A stretch of DNA of 64,000 nt from Eledone cirrhosa (Eukaryota). Location of the stretch: assembly GCA_964016885.1 (NCBI GenBank), contig OZ024764.1:5642001-5706000 (forward strand), read 5' to 3'. Below the pieces are notes generated by a model that was not told where the DNA came from, searched no databases, and saw nothing but the letters and a program-made list of their open reading frames with translations. Below, piece after piece: positions 24,401-39,400 of this stretch; within the stretch, counting starts at the first letter, position 1, and each line of letters begins with the position of its first letter. A program made the position numbers and the translations under genes.

Positions 24401-27400
24401 TCAACCCAAGTAATTAGAGGCCCAAGAAGACACTGGTATGGCCATGTTGAGTGTTGTGAGGGCTGGATTAGCAAAGGGATGTCAACCCAAGTAATTAGAG
24501 GCCCAAGAAGACACTGGTATGGCAATGTTGAGTGTTGTGAGGGCTGGATTAGCAAAGTGATGTCAACCCAAGTAATTAGAGGCCCAAGAAGACACTGGTA
24601 TGGCCATGTTGAGTGTAATGAGGATTGGATTAGCAAAGGGATGTCAACCCAGGAGTCAGTAGAGGCCCAAGAAGACACTGGTATGGCCATGTTGAGTGTA
24701 GTGAGGGCTGGATTAGCAAATTGATGTCAACCCAGGAGTCAGTAGAGGCCCAAGAAGACACTGGTATGGCCATGTTGAGTGTAGTGAGGGCTGGATTAGC
24801 AAAGTGATGTCAACCCAGGAGTCAGTAGAGGCCCAAGAAGACACTGGTATGGCCATGTTGAGTGTAGTGAGGGCTGGATTAGCAAAGTGATGTCAACCCA
24901 AGTAATTAGAGGCCCAAGAAGACACTGGTATGGCCATGTTGAGTGTTGTGAGGGCTGGATTAGCAAAGGGATGTCAACCCAAGTAATTAGAGGCCCAAGA
25001 AGACACTGGTATGGCAATGTTGAGTGTTGTGAGGGCTGGATTAGCAAAGTGATGTCAACCCAAGTAATTAGAGGCCCAAGAAGACACTGGTATGGCCATG
25101 TTGAGTGTAGTGTGGGCTGGATTAGCAAAGTGATGTCAATCCAAGAGTCAGTAGAGGCCCAAGAAGACACTGGTATGGCCATGTTGAGTGTGGTGAGGGC
25201 TGGATTAGCAAAGTGATGTCAATCCAAGAGTCAGTAGAGGCCCAAGAAGACACTGGTATGGCCATGTTGAGTGTAGTGAGGATTGGATTAGCAAAGTGAT
25301 GTCAATCCAAGAGTCAGTAGAGGCCCAAGAAGACACTGGTATGGCCATGTTGAGTGTAGTGAGCATTGGATTAGCAAAGTGATGTCAACCCAGGAGTCAG
25401 TAGAGGCCCAAGAAGACACTGGTATAGCCATGTTGAGTGTAGTGAGGATTGGATTAGCAAAGTGATGTCAACCCAGGAGTCAGTAGAGGCCCAAGAAGAC
25501 ACTGGTATGGCCATGTTGAGTGTAGTGAGGATTGGATTAGCAAAGTGATATCAATCCAAGTAATTAGAGGCCCAAGAAGACACTGGTATGGCCATGTTGA
25601 GTGTAGTGAGGATTGGATTAGCAAAGTGATGTCAACCCAGGAGTCAGTAGAGGCCCAAGAAGACACTGGTATGGCCATGTTGAGTGTAGTGAGGATTGGA
25701 TTAGCAAAGTGATGTCAACCCAGGAGTCAGTAGAGGCCCAAGAAGACACTGGTATGGCCATGTTGAGTCTAATGAGGATTGGATTAGCAAAGTCATGTCA
25801 ACCCAGGAGTCAGTAGAGGCCCAAGAAGACACTGGTATGGCCATGTTGAGTGTAGTGAGGGCTGGATTAGAAAAGTGATGTCAACCCAAGTAATTAAAGG
25901 CCCAAGAAGACACTGGTATGGCCATGTTGAGTGTAGTGAGGGCTGGATTAGCAAAGTGATGTCAACCCAAGAGTCAGTAGAGGCCCAAGAAGACACTGGT
26001 ATGGCCATGTTGAGTGTAGTGAGGGCTGGATTATCAAAGTGATGTCAACCCAAGAGTCAGTAGAGGCCCAAGAAGACACTGGTATGGCCATGTTGAGTGT
26101 AGTGATGGCTGGATTAGCAAAGTGATGTCAACCCAGGAGTCAGTAGAGGCCCAAGAAGACACTGGTATGGCCATGTTGAGTGTAGTGAGGATTGGATTAG
26201 CAAAGTGATGTCAACCCAAGAGTCAGTAGAGGCCCAAGAAGACACTGGTATGGCCATGTTGAGTGTAGTGAGGATTGGATTAGCAAAGTGATGTCAATCC
26301 AAGTAATTAGAGGCCCAAGAAGACACTGGTATGGCCATGTTGAGTGTAGTGAGGATTGGATTAGCAAAGTGATGTCAATCCAAGTAATTAGAGGCCCAAG
26401 AAGACACTGGTATGGCCATGTTGAGTGTAGTGAGGATTGGATTAGCAAAGTGATGTCAATCCAAGTAATTAGAGGCCCAAGAAGACACTGGTATGGCCAT
26501 GTTGAGTGTAGTGAGGGCTGGATTAGCAAAGTGATGTCAACCCAAGTAATTAGAGGCCCAAGAAGACACTGGTATGGCCATGTTGAGTGTAGTGAGGATT
26601 GGATTAGCAAAGTGATGTCAACCCAAGAGTCAGTAGAGGCCCAAGAAGACACTGGTATGGCCATGTTGAGTGTAGTGATGGCTGGATTAGCAAAGTGATG
26701 TCAACCCAAGTAATTAGAGGCCCAAGAAGACACTGGTATGGCCATGTTGAGTGTAGTGAGGATTGGATTAGCAAAGTGATGTCAACCCAAGAGTCAGTAG
26801 AGGCCCAAGAAGACACTGGTATGGCCATGTTGAGTGTAGTGAGGATTGGATTAGCAAAGTGATGTCAATCCAAGTAATTAGAGGCCCAAGAAGACACTGG
26901 TATGGCCATGTTGAGTGTAGTGAGGATTGGATTAGCAAAGTGATGTCAATCGAAGTAATTAGAGGCCCAAGAAGACACTGGTATGGCCATGTTGAGTGTA
27001 GTGAGGATTGGATTAGCAAAGTGATGTCAACCCAAGAGTCAGTAGAGGCCCAAGAAGACACTGGTATGGCCATGTTGAGTGTAGTGAGGATTGGATTAGC
27101 AAAGTGATGTCAACCCAAGAGTCAGTAGAGGCCCAAGAAGACACTGGTATAGCCATGTTGAGTGTAGTGAGGATTGGATTAGCAAAGTGATGTCAACCCA
27201 AGAGTCAGTAGAGGCCCAAGAAGACACTGGTATGGCCATGTTGAGTGTAGTGAGGGCTGGATTAGCAAAGTGATGTCAACCCAAGAGTCAGTAGAGGCCC
27301 AAGAAGACACTGGTATAGCCATGTTGAGTGTAGTGAGGATTGGATTAGCAAAGTGATGTCAACCCAGGAGTCAGTAGAGGCCCAAGAAGACACTGGTGTG

Positions 27401-30400
27401 GCCATGTTGAGTGTAGTGAGGATTGGATTAGCAAAGTGATGTCAACCCAGGAGTCAGTAGAGGCCCAAGAAGACACTGGTATGGCCATGTTGAGTCTAGT
27501 GAGGATTGGATTAGCAAAGTGATGTCAACCCAAGTAATTAGAGGCCCAAGAAGACACTGGTATGGCCATGTTGAGTGTAGTGAGGATTGGATTAGCAAAG
27601 TGATGTCAACCCAAGTAATTAGAGGCCCAAGAAGTCACTGGTATGGCCATGTTGAGTGTAGTGAGGGCTGGATTAGCAAAGTGAAGTCAACCCAAGAGTC
27701 AGTAGAGGCCCAAGAAGACACTGGTATAGCCATGTTGAGTGTAGTGAGGATTGGATTAGCAAAGTGATGTCAACCCAGGAGTCAGTAGAGGCCCAAGAAG
27801 ACACTGGTATGGCCATGTTGAGAGTAGTGAGGATTGGATTAGCAAAGTGATGTCAACCCAGGAGTCAGTAGAGGTCCAAGAAGACACTGGTATAGCCATG
27901 TTGAGTGTAGTGAGGATTGGATTAGCAAAGTGATGTCAACTCAAGAGTCAGTAGAGGCCCAAGAAGACACTGGTATAGCCATGTTGAGTGTAGTGAGGAT
28001 TGGATTAGCAAAGTGATGTCAACCCAAGAGTCAGTAGAGGCCCAAGAAGACACTGGTATAGCCATGTTGAGTGTAGTGAGGATTGGATTAGCAAAGTGAT
28101 GTCAACCCAAGAGTCAGTAGAGGCCCAAGAAGACACTGGTATGGCCATGTTGAGTGTAGTGAGGATTGGATTAGCAAAGTGATGTCAACTCAGGAGTCAG
28201 TAGAGGCCCAAGAAGACACTGGTATGGCCATGTTGAGTGTAGTGAGGGCTGGATTAGCAAAGTGATGTCAACCCAAGTAATTAAAGGCCCAAGAAGACAC
28301 TGGTATGGCCATGTTGAGTGTAGTGAGGGCTGGATTAGCAAAGTGATGTCAACCCAAGAGTCTGTAGAGGAGCAAGAAGACACTGGTATGGCCATGTTGA
28401 GTGTAGTGAGGATTGGATTAGCAAAGTGATATCAATCCAAGAGTCCGTAGAGGCCCAAGAAGACACTGGTATAGCCATGTTGAGTGTAGTGAGGGCTGGA
28501 TTAGCAAAGTGATGTCAACCCAGGAGTCAGTAGAGGCCCAAGAAGACACTGGTATGACCATGTTGAGTGTAGTGATGGCTGGATTAGCAAAGTGATGTCA
28601 ACCCAAGAGTCTGTAGAGGAGCAAGAAGACACTGGTATGGCCATGTTGAGTGTAGTGAGGATTGGATTAGCAAAGTGATATCAATCCAAGAGTCAGTAGA
28701 GGCCCAAGAAGACACTGGTATAGCCATGTTGAGTGTAGTGAGGGCTGGATTAGCAAAGTGATGTCAACCCAGGAGTCAGTAGAGGCCCAAGAAGACACTG
28801 GTATGGCCATGTTGAGTGTAGTGATGGCTGGATTAGCAAAGTGATGTCAACCCAGGAGTCAGTAGAGGCCCAAGAAGACACTGGTATGGCCATGTTGAGT
28901 GTAGTGATGGCTGGATTAGCAAAGTGATGTCAACCCAGGAGTCAGTAGAGGCCCAAGAAGACACTGGTATGGCCATGTTGAGTGTAGTGATGGCTGGATT
29001 AGCAAAGTGATGTCAACCCAGGAGTCAGTAGAGGCCCAAGAAGACACTGGTATGGCCATGTTGAGTGTAGTGAGGGCTGGATTAGAAAAGTGATGTCAAC
29101 CCAAGAGTCAGTAGAGGCCCAAGAAGACACTGGTATGGCCATGTTGAGTGTAGTGAGGATTGGATTAGCAAAGTGATGTCAATCCAAGAGTCAGTAGAGG
29201 CCCAAGAAGACACTGGTATGGCCATGTTGAGTGTAGTGATGGCTGGATTAGCAAAGTGATGTCAACCCAAGTAATTAGAGGCCCAAGAAGACACTGGTAT
29301 GGCCATGTTGAGTGTAGTGAGGATTGGATTAGCAAAGTGATGTCAACCCAAGAGTCAGTAGAGGCCCAAGAAGACACTGATATGGCCATGTTGAGTGTAG
29401 TGAGGATTGGATTAGCAAAGTGATGTCAATCCAAGTAATTAGAGGCCCAAGAAGACACTGGTATGGCCATGTTGAGTGTAGTGAGGATTGGATTAGCAAA
29501 GTGATGTCAATCCAAGTAATTAGAGTCCCAAGAAGACACTGGTATGGCCATGTTGAGTGTAGTGAGGATTGGATTAGCAAAGTGATGTCAATCCAAGTAA
29601 TTAGAGGCCCAAGAAGACACTTGTATGGCCATGTTGAGTGTAGTGAGGATTGGATTAGCAAAGTGATGTCAATCCAAGTAATTAGAGGCCCAAGAAGACA
29701 CTGGTATGGCCATGTTGAGTGTAGTGAGGATTGGATTAGCAAAGTGATGTCAATCCAAGTAATTAGAGGCCCAAGAAGACACTGGTATGGCCATGTTGAG
29801 TGTAGTGAGGATTGGATTAGCAAAGTGATGTCAACCCAGGAGTCAGTAGAGGCCCAAGAAGACACTGGTATGGCCATGTTGAGTGTAGTGAGGATTGGAT
29901 TAGCAAAGTGATGTCAATCCAAGTAATTAGAGGCCCAAGAAGACACTGGTATGGCCATGTTGAGTGTAGTGAGGATTGGATTAGCAAAGTGATGTCAACC
30001 CAGGAGTCAGTAGAGGCCCAAGAAGACACTGGTATGGCCATGTTGAGTGTAGTGATGGCTGGATTAGCAAAGTGATGTCAACCCAAGAGTCAGTAGAGGC
30101 CCAAGAAGACACTGGTATGGCCATGTTGAGTGTAGTGAGGATTGGATTAGCAAAGTGATGTCAACCCAAGAGTCAGTAGAGGCCCAAGAAGACACTGGTG
30201 TGGCCATGTTGAGTGTAGTGAGGATTGGATTAGCAAAGTGATGTCAATCCAAGTAATTAGAGGCCCAAGAAGACACTGGTATGGCCATGTTAAGTGTAGT
30301 GAGGATTGGATTAGCAAAGTGATGTCAATCCAAGTAATTAGAGGCCCAAGAAGACACTGGTATGGCCATGTTGAGTGTAGTGAGGGCTGGATTAGCAAAG

Positions 30401-33400
30401 TGATGTCAATCCAAGAGTCTGTAGAGGAGCAACAAGACACTGGTATGGCCATGTTGAGTGTAGTGAGGATTGGATTAGCAAAGTGATGTCAATCGAAGTA
30501 ATTAGAGGCCCAAGAAGACACTGGTATGGCCATGTTGAGTGTAGTGAGGATTGGATTAGCAAAGTGATGTCAACCCAGGAGTCAGTAGAGGCCCAAGAAG
30601 ACACTGATATGGCCATGTTGAGTGTAGTGAGGATTGGATTAGCAAAGTGATGTCAACCCAGGAGTCAGTAGAGGCCCAAGAAGACACTGGTGTGGCCATG
30701 TTGAGTGTAGTGAGGATTGGATTAGCAAAGTGATGTCAACCCAGGAGTCAGTAGAGGCCCAAGAAGACACTGGTATGGCCATGTTGAGTGTAGTGAGGAT
30801 TGGATTAGCAAAGTGATGTCAACCCAAGTAATTAGAGGCCCAAGAAGACACTGGTATGGCCATGTTGAGTGTAGTGAGGATTGGATTAGCAAAGTGATGT
30901 CAACCCAAGTAATTAGAGGCCCAAGAAGACACTGGTATGGCCATGTTGAGTGTAGTGAGGGCTGGATTAGCAAAGTGATGTCAACCCAAGAGTCAGTAGA
31001 GGCCCAAGAAGACACTGGTATAGCCATGTTGAGTGTAGTGAGGATTGGATTAGCAAAGTGATGTCAACCCAGGAGTCAGTAGAGGCCCAAGAAGACACTG
31101 GTATGGCCATGTTGAGTGTAGTGAGGATTGGATTAGCAAAGTGATGTCAACCCAAGAGTCAGTAGAGGCCCAAGAAGACACTGGTATAGCCATGTTGAGT
31201 GTAGTGAGGATTGGATTAGCAAAGTGATGTCAACCCAAGAGTCAGTAGAGGCCCAAGAAGACACTGGTATGGCCATGTTGAGTGTAGTGAGGATTGGATT
31301 AGCAAAGTGATGTCAACTCAGGAGTCAGTAGAGGCCCAAGAAGACACTGGTATGGCCATGTTGAGTGTAGTGAGGGCTGGATTAGCAAAGTGATGTCAAC
31401 CCAAGTAATTAAAGGCCCAAGAAGACACTGGTATGGCCATGTTGAGTGTAGTGAGGGCTGGATTAGCAAAGTGATGTCAACCCAAGAGTCAGTAGAGGCC
31501 CAAGAAGACACTGGTATGGCCATGTTGAGTGTAGTGATGGCTGGATTAGCAAAGTGATGTCAACCCAAGAGTCTGTAGAGGAGCAAGAAGACACTGGTAT
31601 GGCCATGTTGAGTGTAGTGAGGGCTGGATTAGCAAAGTGATGTCAACCCAAGTAATTAGAGGCCCAAGAAGACACTGGTATGGCCATGTTGAGTGTAGTG
31701 AGGGCTGGATTAGAAAAGTGATGTCAACCCAAGAGTCAGTAGAGGCCCAAGAAGACACTGGTATGGCCATGTTGAGTGTAGTGAGGGCTGGATTAGCAAA
31801 GTGATGTCAACCCAAGAGTCAGTAGAGGCCCAAGAAGACACTGGTATGGCCATGTTGAGTGTAGTGAGGGCTGGATTAGCAAAGTGATGTCAACCCAAGT
31901 AATTAGAGGCCCAAGAAGACACTGGTATGGCCATGTTGAGTGTAGTGAGGATTGGATTAGCAAAGTGATGTCAACCCAAGAGTCAGTAGAGGCCCAAGAA
32001 GACACTGGTATGGCCATGTTGAGTGTAGTGAGGATTGGATTAGCAAAGTGATGTCAATCCAAGTAATTAGAGGCCCAAGAAGACACTGGTATGGCCATGT
32101 TGAGTGTAGTGAGGATTGGATTAGCAAAGTGATGTCAATCCAAGTAATTAGAGGCCCAAGAAGACACTGGTATGGCCATGTTGAGTGTAGTGAGGATTGG
32201 ATTAGCAAAGTGATGTCAATCCAAGTAATTAGAGGCCCAAGAAGACACTGGTATGGCCATGTTGAGTGTAGTGAGGGCTGGATTAGCAAAGTGATGTCAA
32301 TCCAAGAGTCTGTAGAGGATCAACAAGACACTGGTATGGCCATGTTGAGTGTAGTGAGGATTGGATTAGCAATGTGATGTCAATCCAAGTAATTAGAGGC
32401 CCAAGAAGACACTGGTATGGCCATGTTGAGTGTAGTGAGGGCTGGATTAGCAAAGTGATGTCAACCCAGGAGTCAGTAGAGGCCCAAGAAGACACTGGTA
32501 TGGCCATGTTGAGTGTAGTGAGGGCTTGATTAGCAAAGTGATGTCAACCCAGGAGTCAGTAGAGGCCCAAGAAGACACTGGTATGGCCATGTTGAGTGTA
32601 GTGAGGATTGGATTAGCAAAGTGATGTCAATCTAAGTAATTAGAGGCCCAAGAAGACACTGGTATGGCCATGTTGAGTGTAGTGAGGATTGGATTAGCAA
32701 AGTGATGTCAACCCAAGAGTCAGTAGAGGCCCAAGAAGACACTGGTATGGCCATGTTGAGTGTAGTGAGGGCTGGATTAGCAAAGTGATGTCAACCCAAG
32801 AGTCAGTAGAGGCCCAAGAAGACACTGGTATGGCCATGTTGAGTGTAGTGAGGATTGGATTAGCAAAGTGATGTCAATCCAAGTAATTAGAGGCCCAAGA
32901 AGACACTGGTATGGCCATGTTGAGTGTAGTGAGAATTGGATTAGCAAAGTGATGTCAACCCAAGTAATTAGAGGCCCAAGAAGACACTGGTATGGCCATG
33001 TTGAGTGTAGTGAGGATTGGATTAGCAAAGTGATGTCAACCCAAGAGTCAGTAGAGGCCCAAGAAGACACTGGTATAGCCATGTTGAGTGTAGTGAGGAT
33101 TGGATTAGCAAAGTGATGTCAACCCAAGAGTCAGTAGAGGCCCAAGAAGACACTGGTATGGCCATGTTGAGTGTAGTGAGGGCTGGATTAGCAAAGTGAT
33201 GTCAACCCAAGAGTCAGTAGAGGCCCAAGAAGACACTGGTATAGCCATGTTGAGTGTAGTGAGGATTGGATTACCAAAGTGATGTCAACCCAAGAGTCAG
33301 TAGAGGCCCAAGAAGACACTGGTATGGCCATGTTGAGTGTAGTGAGGATTGGATTAGCAAAGTGATGTCAACCCAAGAGTCAGTAGAGGCCCAAGAAGAC

Positions 33401-36400
33401 ACTGGTATGGCCATGTTGAGTGTAGTGAGGATTGGATTAGCAAAGTGATGTCAACCCAAGTAATTAGAGGCCCAAGAAGACACTGGTATGGCCATGTTGA
33501 GTGTAGTGAGGATTGGATTAGCAAAGTGATGTCAACCCAAGAGTCAGTAGAGGCCCAAGAAGACACTGGTATAGCCATGTTGAGTGTAGTGAGGATTGGA
33601 TTACCAAAGTGATGTCAACCCAAGAGTCAGTAGAGGCCCAAGAAGACACTGGTATGGCCATGTTGAGTGTAGTGAGGATTGGATTAGCAAAGTGATGTCA
33701 ACCCAAGAGTCAGTAGAGGCCCAAGAAGACACTGGTATGGCCATGTTGAGTGTAGTGAGGATTGGATTAGCAAAGTGATGTCAACCCAAGTAATTAGAGG
33801 CCCAAGAAGACACTGGTATGGCCATGTTGAGTGTAGTGAGGATTGGATTAGCAAAGTGATGTCAACCCAGTAGTCAGTAGAGGCCCAAGAAGACACTGGT
33901 ATGGCCATGTTGAGTGTAGTGAGGATTGGATTAGCAAAGTGATGTCAATCCAAGTAATTAGAGGCCCAAGAAGACACTGGTATGGCCATGTTGAGTGTAG
34001 TGATGGCTGGATTAGCAAAGTGATGTCAACCCAAGAGTCAGTAGAGGCCCAAGAAGACACTGGTATGGCCATGTTGAGTGTAGTGAGGGCTGGATTAGCA
34101 AAGTGATGTCAATCCAAGTAATAAGAGGCCCAAGAAGACACTGGTATGGCCATGTTGAGTGTAGTGAGGATTGGATTAGCAAAGTGATGTCAATCCAAGT
34201 AATTAGAGGCCCAAGAAGACACTGGTATGGCCATGTTGAGTGTAGTGAGGATTGGATTAGCAAAGTGATGTCAATCCAAGTAATAAGAGGCCCAAGAAGA
34301 CACTGGTATGGCCATGTTGAGTTTAGTGATGGCTGGATTAGCAAAGTGATGTCAACCCAAGAGTCAGTAGAGGCCCAAGAAGACACTGGTGTGGCCATGT
34401 TGAGTGTAGTGAGGATTGGATTAGCAAAGTGATGTCAACCCAAGAGTCAGTAGAGGCCCAAGAAGACACTGGTATGGCCATGTTGAGTGTAGTGAGGGCT
34501 GGATTAGCAAAGTGATGTCAACCCAGGAGTCAGTAGAGGCCCAAGAAGACACTGGTATGGCCATGTTGAGTGTAGTGATGGCTGGATTAGCAAAGTGATG
34601 TCAACCCAAGTAATTAGAGGCCCAAGAAGACACTGGTATGGCCATGTTGAGTGTAGTGAGGATTGGATTAGCAAAGTGATGTCAACCCAAGAGTCAGTAG
34701 AGGCCCAAGAAGACACTGGTATGGCCATGTTGAGTGTAGTGAGGGCTGGATTAGCAAAGTGATGTCAACCCAGGAGTCAGTAGAGGCCCAAGAAGACACT
34801 GGTATGGCCATGTTGAGTGTAGTGAGGGCTGGATTAGCAAAGTGATGTCAACCCAAGAGTCAGTAGAGGCCCAAGAAGACACTGGTATGGCCATGTTGAG
34901 TGTAGTGAGGATTGGATTAGCAAAGTGATGTCAATCCAAGTAATTAGAGGCCCAAGAAGACACTGGTATGGCCATGTTGAGTGTAGTGAGAATTGGATTA
35001 GCAAAGTGATGTCAACCCAAGTAATTAGAGGCCCAAGAAGACACTGGTATTGCCATGTTGAGTGTAGTGAGGATTGGATTAGCAAAGTGATGTCAACCCA
35101 AGAGTCAGTAGAGGCCCAAGAAGACACTGGTATAGCCATGTTGAGTGTAGTGAGGATTGGATTAGCAAAGTGATGTCAACCCAAGAGTCAGTAGAGGCCC
35201 AAGAAGACACTGGTATGGCCATGTTGAGTGTAGTGAGGGCTGGATTAGCAAAGTGATGTCAACCCAAGAGTCAGTAGAGGCCCAAGAAGACACTGGTATA
35301 GCCATGTTGAGTGTAGTGAGGATTGGATTACCAAAGTGATGTCAACCCAAGAGTCAGTAGAGGCCCAAGAAGACACTGGTATGGCCATGTTGAGTGTAGT
35401 GAGGATTGGATTAGCAAAGTGATGTCAACCCAAGAGTCAGTAGAGGCCCAAGAAGACACTGGTATGGCCATGTTGAGTGTAGTGAGGATTGGATTAGCAA
35501 AGTGATGTCAACCCAAGTAATTAGAGGCCCAAGAAGACACTGGTATGGCCATGTTGAGTGTAGTGAGGATTGGATTAGCAAAGTGATGTCAACCCAAGAG
35601 TCAGTAGAGGCCCAAGAAGACACTGGTATAGCCATGTTGAGTGTAGTGAGGATTGGATTACCAAAGTGATGTCAACCCAAGAGTCAGTAGAGGCCCAAGA
35701 AGACACTGGTATGGCCATGTTGAGTGTAGTGAGGATTGGATTAGCAAAGTGATGTCAACCCAAGAGTCAGTAGAGGCCCAAGAAGACACTGGTATGGCCA
35801 TGTTGAGTGTAGTGAGGATTGGATTAGCAAAGTGATGTCAACCCAAGTAATTAGAGGCCCAAGAAGACACTGGTATGGCCATGTTGAGTGTAGTGAGGAT
35901 TGGATTAGCAAAGTGATGTCAACCCAGTAGTCAGTAGAGGCCCAAGAAGACACTGGTATGGCCATGTTGAGTGTAGTGAGGATTGGATTAGCAAAGTGAT
36001 GTCAATCCAAGTAATTAGAGGCCCAAGAAGACACTGGTATGGCCATGTTGAGTGTAGTGATGGCTGGATTAGCAAAGTGATGTCAACCCAAGAGTCAGTA
36101 GAGGCCCAAGAAGACACTGGTATGGCCATGTTGAGTGTAGTGAGGGCTGGATTAGCAAAGTGATGTCAATCCAAGTAATAAGAGGCCCAAGAAGACACTG
36201 GTATGGCCATGTTGAGTGTAGTGAGGATTGGATTAGCAAAGTGATGTCAATCCAAGTAATTAGAGGCCCAAGAAGACACTGGTATGGCCATGTTGAGTGT
36301 AGTGAGGATTGGATTAGCAAAGTGATGTCAATCCAAGTAATAAGAGGCCCAAGAAGACACTGGTATGGCCATGTTGAGTTTAGTGATGGCTGGATTAGCA

Positions 36401-39400
36401 AAGTGATGTCAACCCAAGAGTCAGTAGAGGCCCAAGAAGACACTGGTGTGGCCATGTTGAGTGTAGTGAGGATTGGATTAGCAAAGTGATGTCAACCCAA
36501 GAGTCAGTAGAGGCCCAAGAAGACACTGGTATGGCCATGTTGAGTGTAGTGAGGGCTGGATTAGCAAAGTGATGTCAACCCAGGAGTCAGTAGAGGCCCA
36601 AGAAGACACTGGTATGGCCATGTTGAGTGTAGTGATGGCTGGATTAGCAAAGTGATGTCAATCCAAGTAATTAGAGGCCCAAGAAGACACTGGTATGGCC
36701 ATGTTGAGTGTAGTGAGGATTGGATTAGCAAAGTGATGTCAACCCAAGTAATTAGAGGCCCAAGAAGACACTGGTATGGCCATGTTGAGTGTAGTGAGGA
36801 TTGGATTAGCAAAGTGATGTCAACCCAGTAGTCAGTAGAGGCCCAAGAAGACACTGGTATGGCCATGTTGAGTGTAGTGAGGATTGGATTAGCAAAGTGA
36901 TGTCAATCCAAGTAATTAGAGGCCCAAGAAGACACTGGTATGGCCATGTTGAGTGTAGTGATGGCTGGATTAGCAAAGTGATGTCAACCCAAGAGTCAGT
37001 AGAGGCCCAAGAAGACACTGGTATGGCCATGTTGAGTGTAGTGAGGGCTGGATTAGCAAAGTGATGTCAATCCAAGTAATAAGAGGCCCAAGAAGACACT
37101 GGTATGGCCATGTTGAGTGTAGTGAGGATTGGATTAGCAAAGTGATGTCAATCCAAGTAATTAGAGGCCCAAGAAGACACTGGTATGGCCATGTTGAGTG
37201 TAGTGAGGATTGGATTAGCAAAGTGATGTCAATCCAAGTAATAAGAGGCCCAAGAAGACACTGGTATGGCCATGTTGAGTTTAGTGATGGCTGGATTAGC
37301 AAAGTGATGTCAACCCAAGAGTCAGTAGAGGCCCAAGAAGACACTGGTGTGGCCATGTTGAGTGTAGTGAGGATTGGATTAGCAAAGTGATGTCAACCCA
37401 AGAGTCAGTAGAGGCCCAAGAAGACACTGGTATGGCCATGTTGAGTGTAGTGAGGGCTGGATTAGCAAAGTGATGTCAACCCAGGAGTCAGTAGAGGCCC
37501 AAGAAGACACTGGTATGGCCATGTTGAGTGTAGTGATGGCTGGATTAGCAAAGTGATGTCAACCCAAGTAATTAGAGGCCCAAGAAGACACTGGTATGGC
37601 CATGTTGAGTGTAGTGAGGATTGGATTAGCAAAGTGATGTCAACCCAAGAGTCAGTAGAGGCCCAAGAAGACACTGGTATGGCCATGTTGAGTGTAGTGA
37701 GGGCTGGATTAGCAAAGTGATGTCAACCCAGGAGTCAGTAGAGGCCCAAGAAGACACTGGTATGGCCATGTTGAGTGTAGTGAGGGCTGGATTAGCAAAG
37801 TGATGTCAACCCAAGTAATTAGAGGCCCAAGAAGACACTGGTATGGCCATGTTGAGTGTTGTGAGGGCTGGATTAGCAAAGTGATGTCAACCCAAGTAAT
37901 TAGAGGCCCAAGAAGACACTGGTATGGCAATGTTGAGTGTTGTGAGGGCTGGATAAGCAAAGTGATGTCAACCCAAGTAATTAGAGGCCCAAGAAGACAC
38001 TGGTATGGCCATGTTGAGTGTAGTGAGGATTGGATTAGCAAAGTGATGTCAATCCAAGAGTCAGTAGAGGCCCAAGAAGACACTGGTGTGGCCATGTTGA
38101 GTGTAGTGAGGGCTGGATTAGCAAAGTGATGTCAACCCAAGTAATTAGAGGCCCAAGAAGACACTGGTATGGCCATGTTGAGTGTAGTGAGGATTGGTTT
38201 AGCAAAGTGATGTCAACCCAAGAGTCAGTAGAGGCCCAAGAAGACACTGGTATGGCCATGTTGAGTGTAGTGAGGGCTGGATTAGCAAAGTGATGTCAAT
38301 CCAAGAGTCAGTAGAGGCCCAAGAAGACACTGGTATGGCCATGTTGAGTGTAGTGAGGATTGGATTAGCAAAGTGATGTCAACCCAAGAGTCAGTAGAGG
38401 CCCAAGAAGACACTGGTATAGCCATGTTGAGTGTAGTGAGGGCTGGATTAGCAAAGTGATGTCAATCCAAGAGTCAGTAGAGGCCCAAGAAGACACTGGT
38501 ATGGCCATGTTGAGTGTAGTGAGGATTGGATTAGCAAAGTGATGTCAACCCAGGAGTCAGTAGAGGCCCAAGAAGACACTGGTATAGCCATGTTGAGTGT
38601 AGTGAGGATTGGATTAGCAAAGTGATGTCAACCCAGGAGTCAGTAGAGGCCCAAGAAGACACTGGTATGGCCATGTTGAGTGTAGTGAGGATTGGATTAG
38701 CAAAGTGATGTCAACCCAGGAGTCAGTAGAGGCCCAAGAAGACACTGGTATGGCCATGTTGAGTGTAGTGAGGATTGGATTAGCAAAGTGATGTCAACCC
38801 AGGAGTCAGTAGAGGCCCAAGAAGACACTGGTATGGCCATGTTGAGTGTAGTGAGGATTGGATTAGCAAAGTGATATCAATCCAAGTAATTAGAGGCCCA
38901 AGAAGACACTGGTATGGCCATGTTGAGTGTAGTGAGGATTGGATTAGCAAAGTGATGTCAACCCAAGAGTCAGTAGAGGCCCAAGAAGACACTGGTATGG
39001 CCATGTTGAGTGTAGTGAGGGCTGGATTAGCAAAGTGATGTCAATCCAAGAGTCTGTAGAGGAGCAACAAGACACTGGTATGGCCATGTTGAGTGTAGTG
39101 AGGATTGGATTAGCAAAGTGATGTCAACCCAGGAGTCAGTAGAGGCCCAAGAAGACACTGGTATGGCCGTGTTGAGTGTAGTGAGGATTGGATTAGCAAA
39201 GTCATGTCAACCCAGGAGTCAGTAGAGGCCCAAGAAGACACTGGTATGGCCATGTTGAGTGTAGTGAGGATTGGATTAGCAAAGTGATGTCAACCCAAGT
39301 AATTAAAGGCCCAAGAAGACACTGGTATGGCCATGTTGAGTGTAGTGAGGGCTGGATTAGCAAAGTGATGTCAACCCAAGAGTCAGTAGAGGCCCAAGAA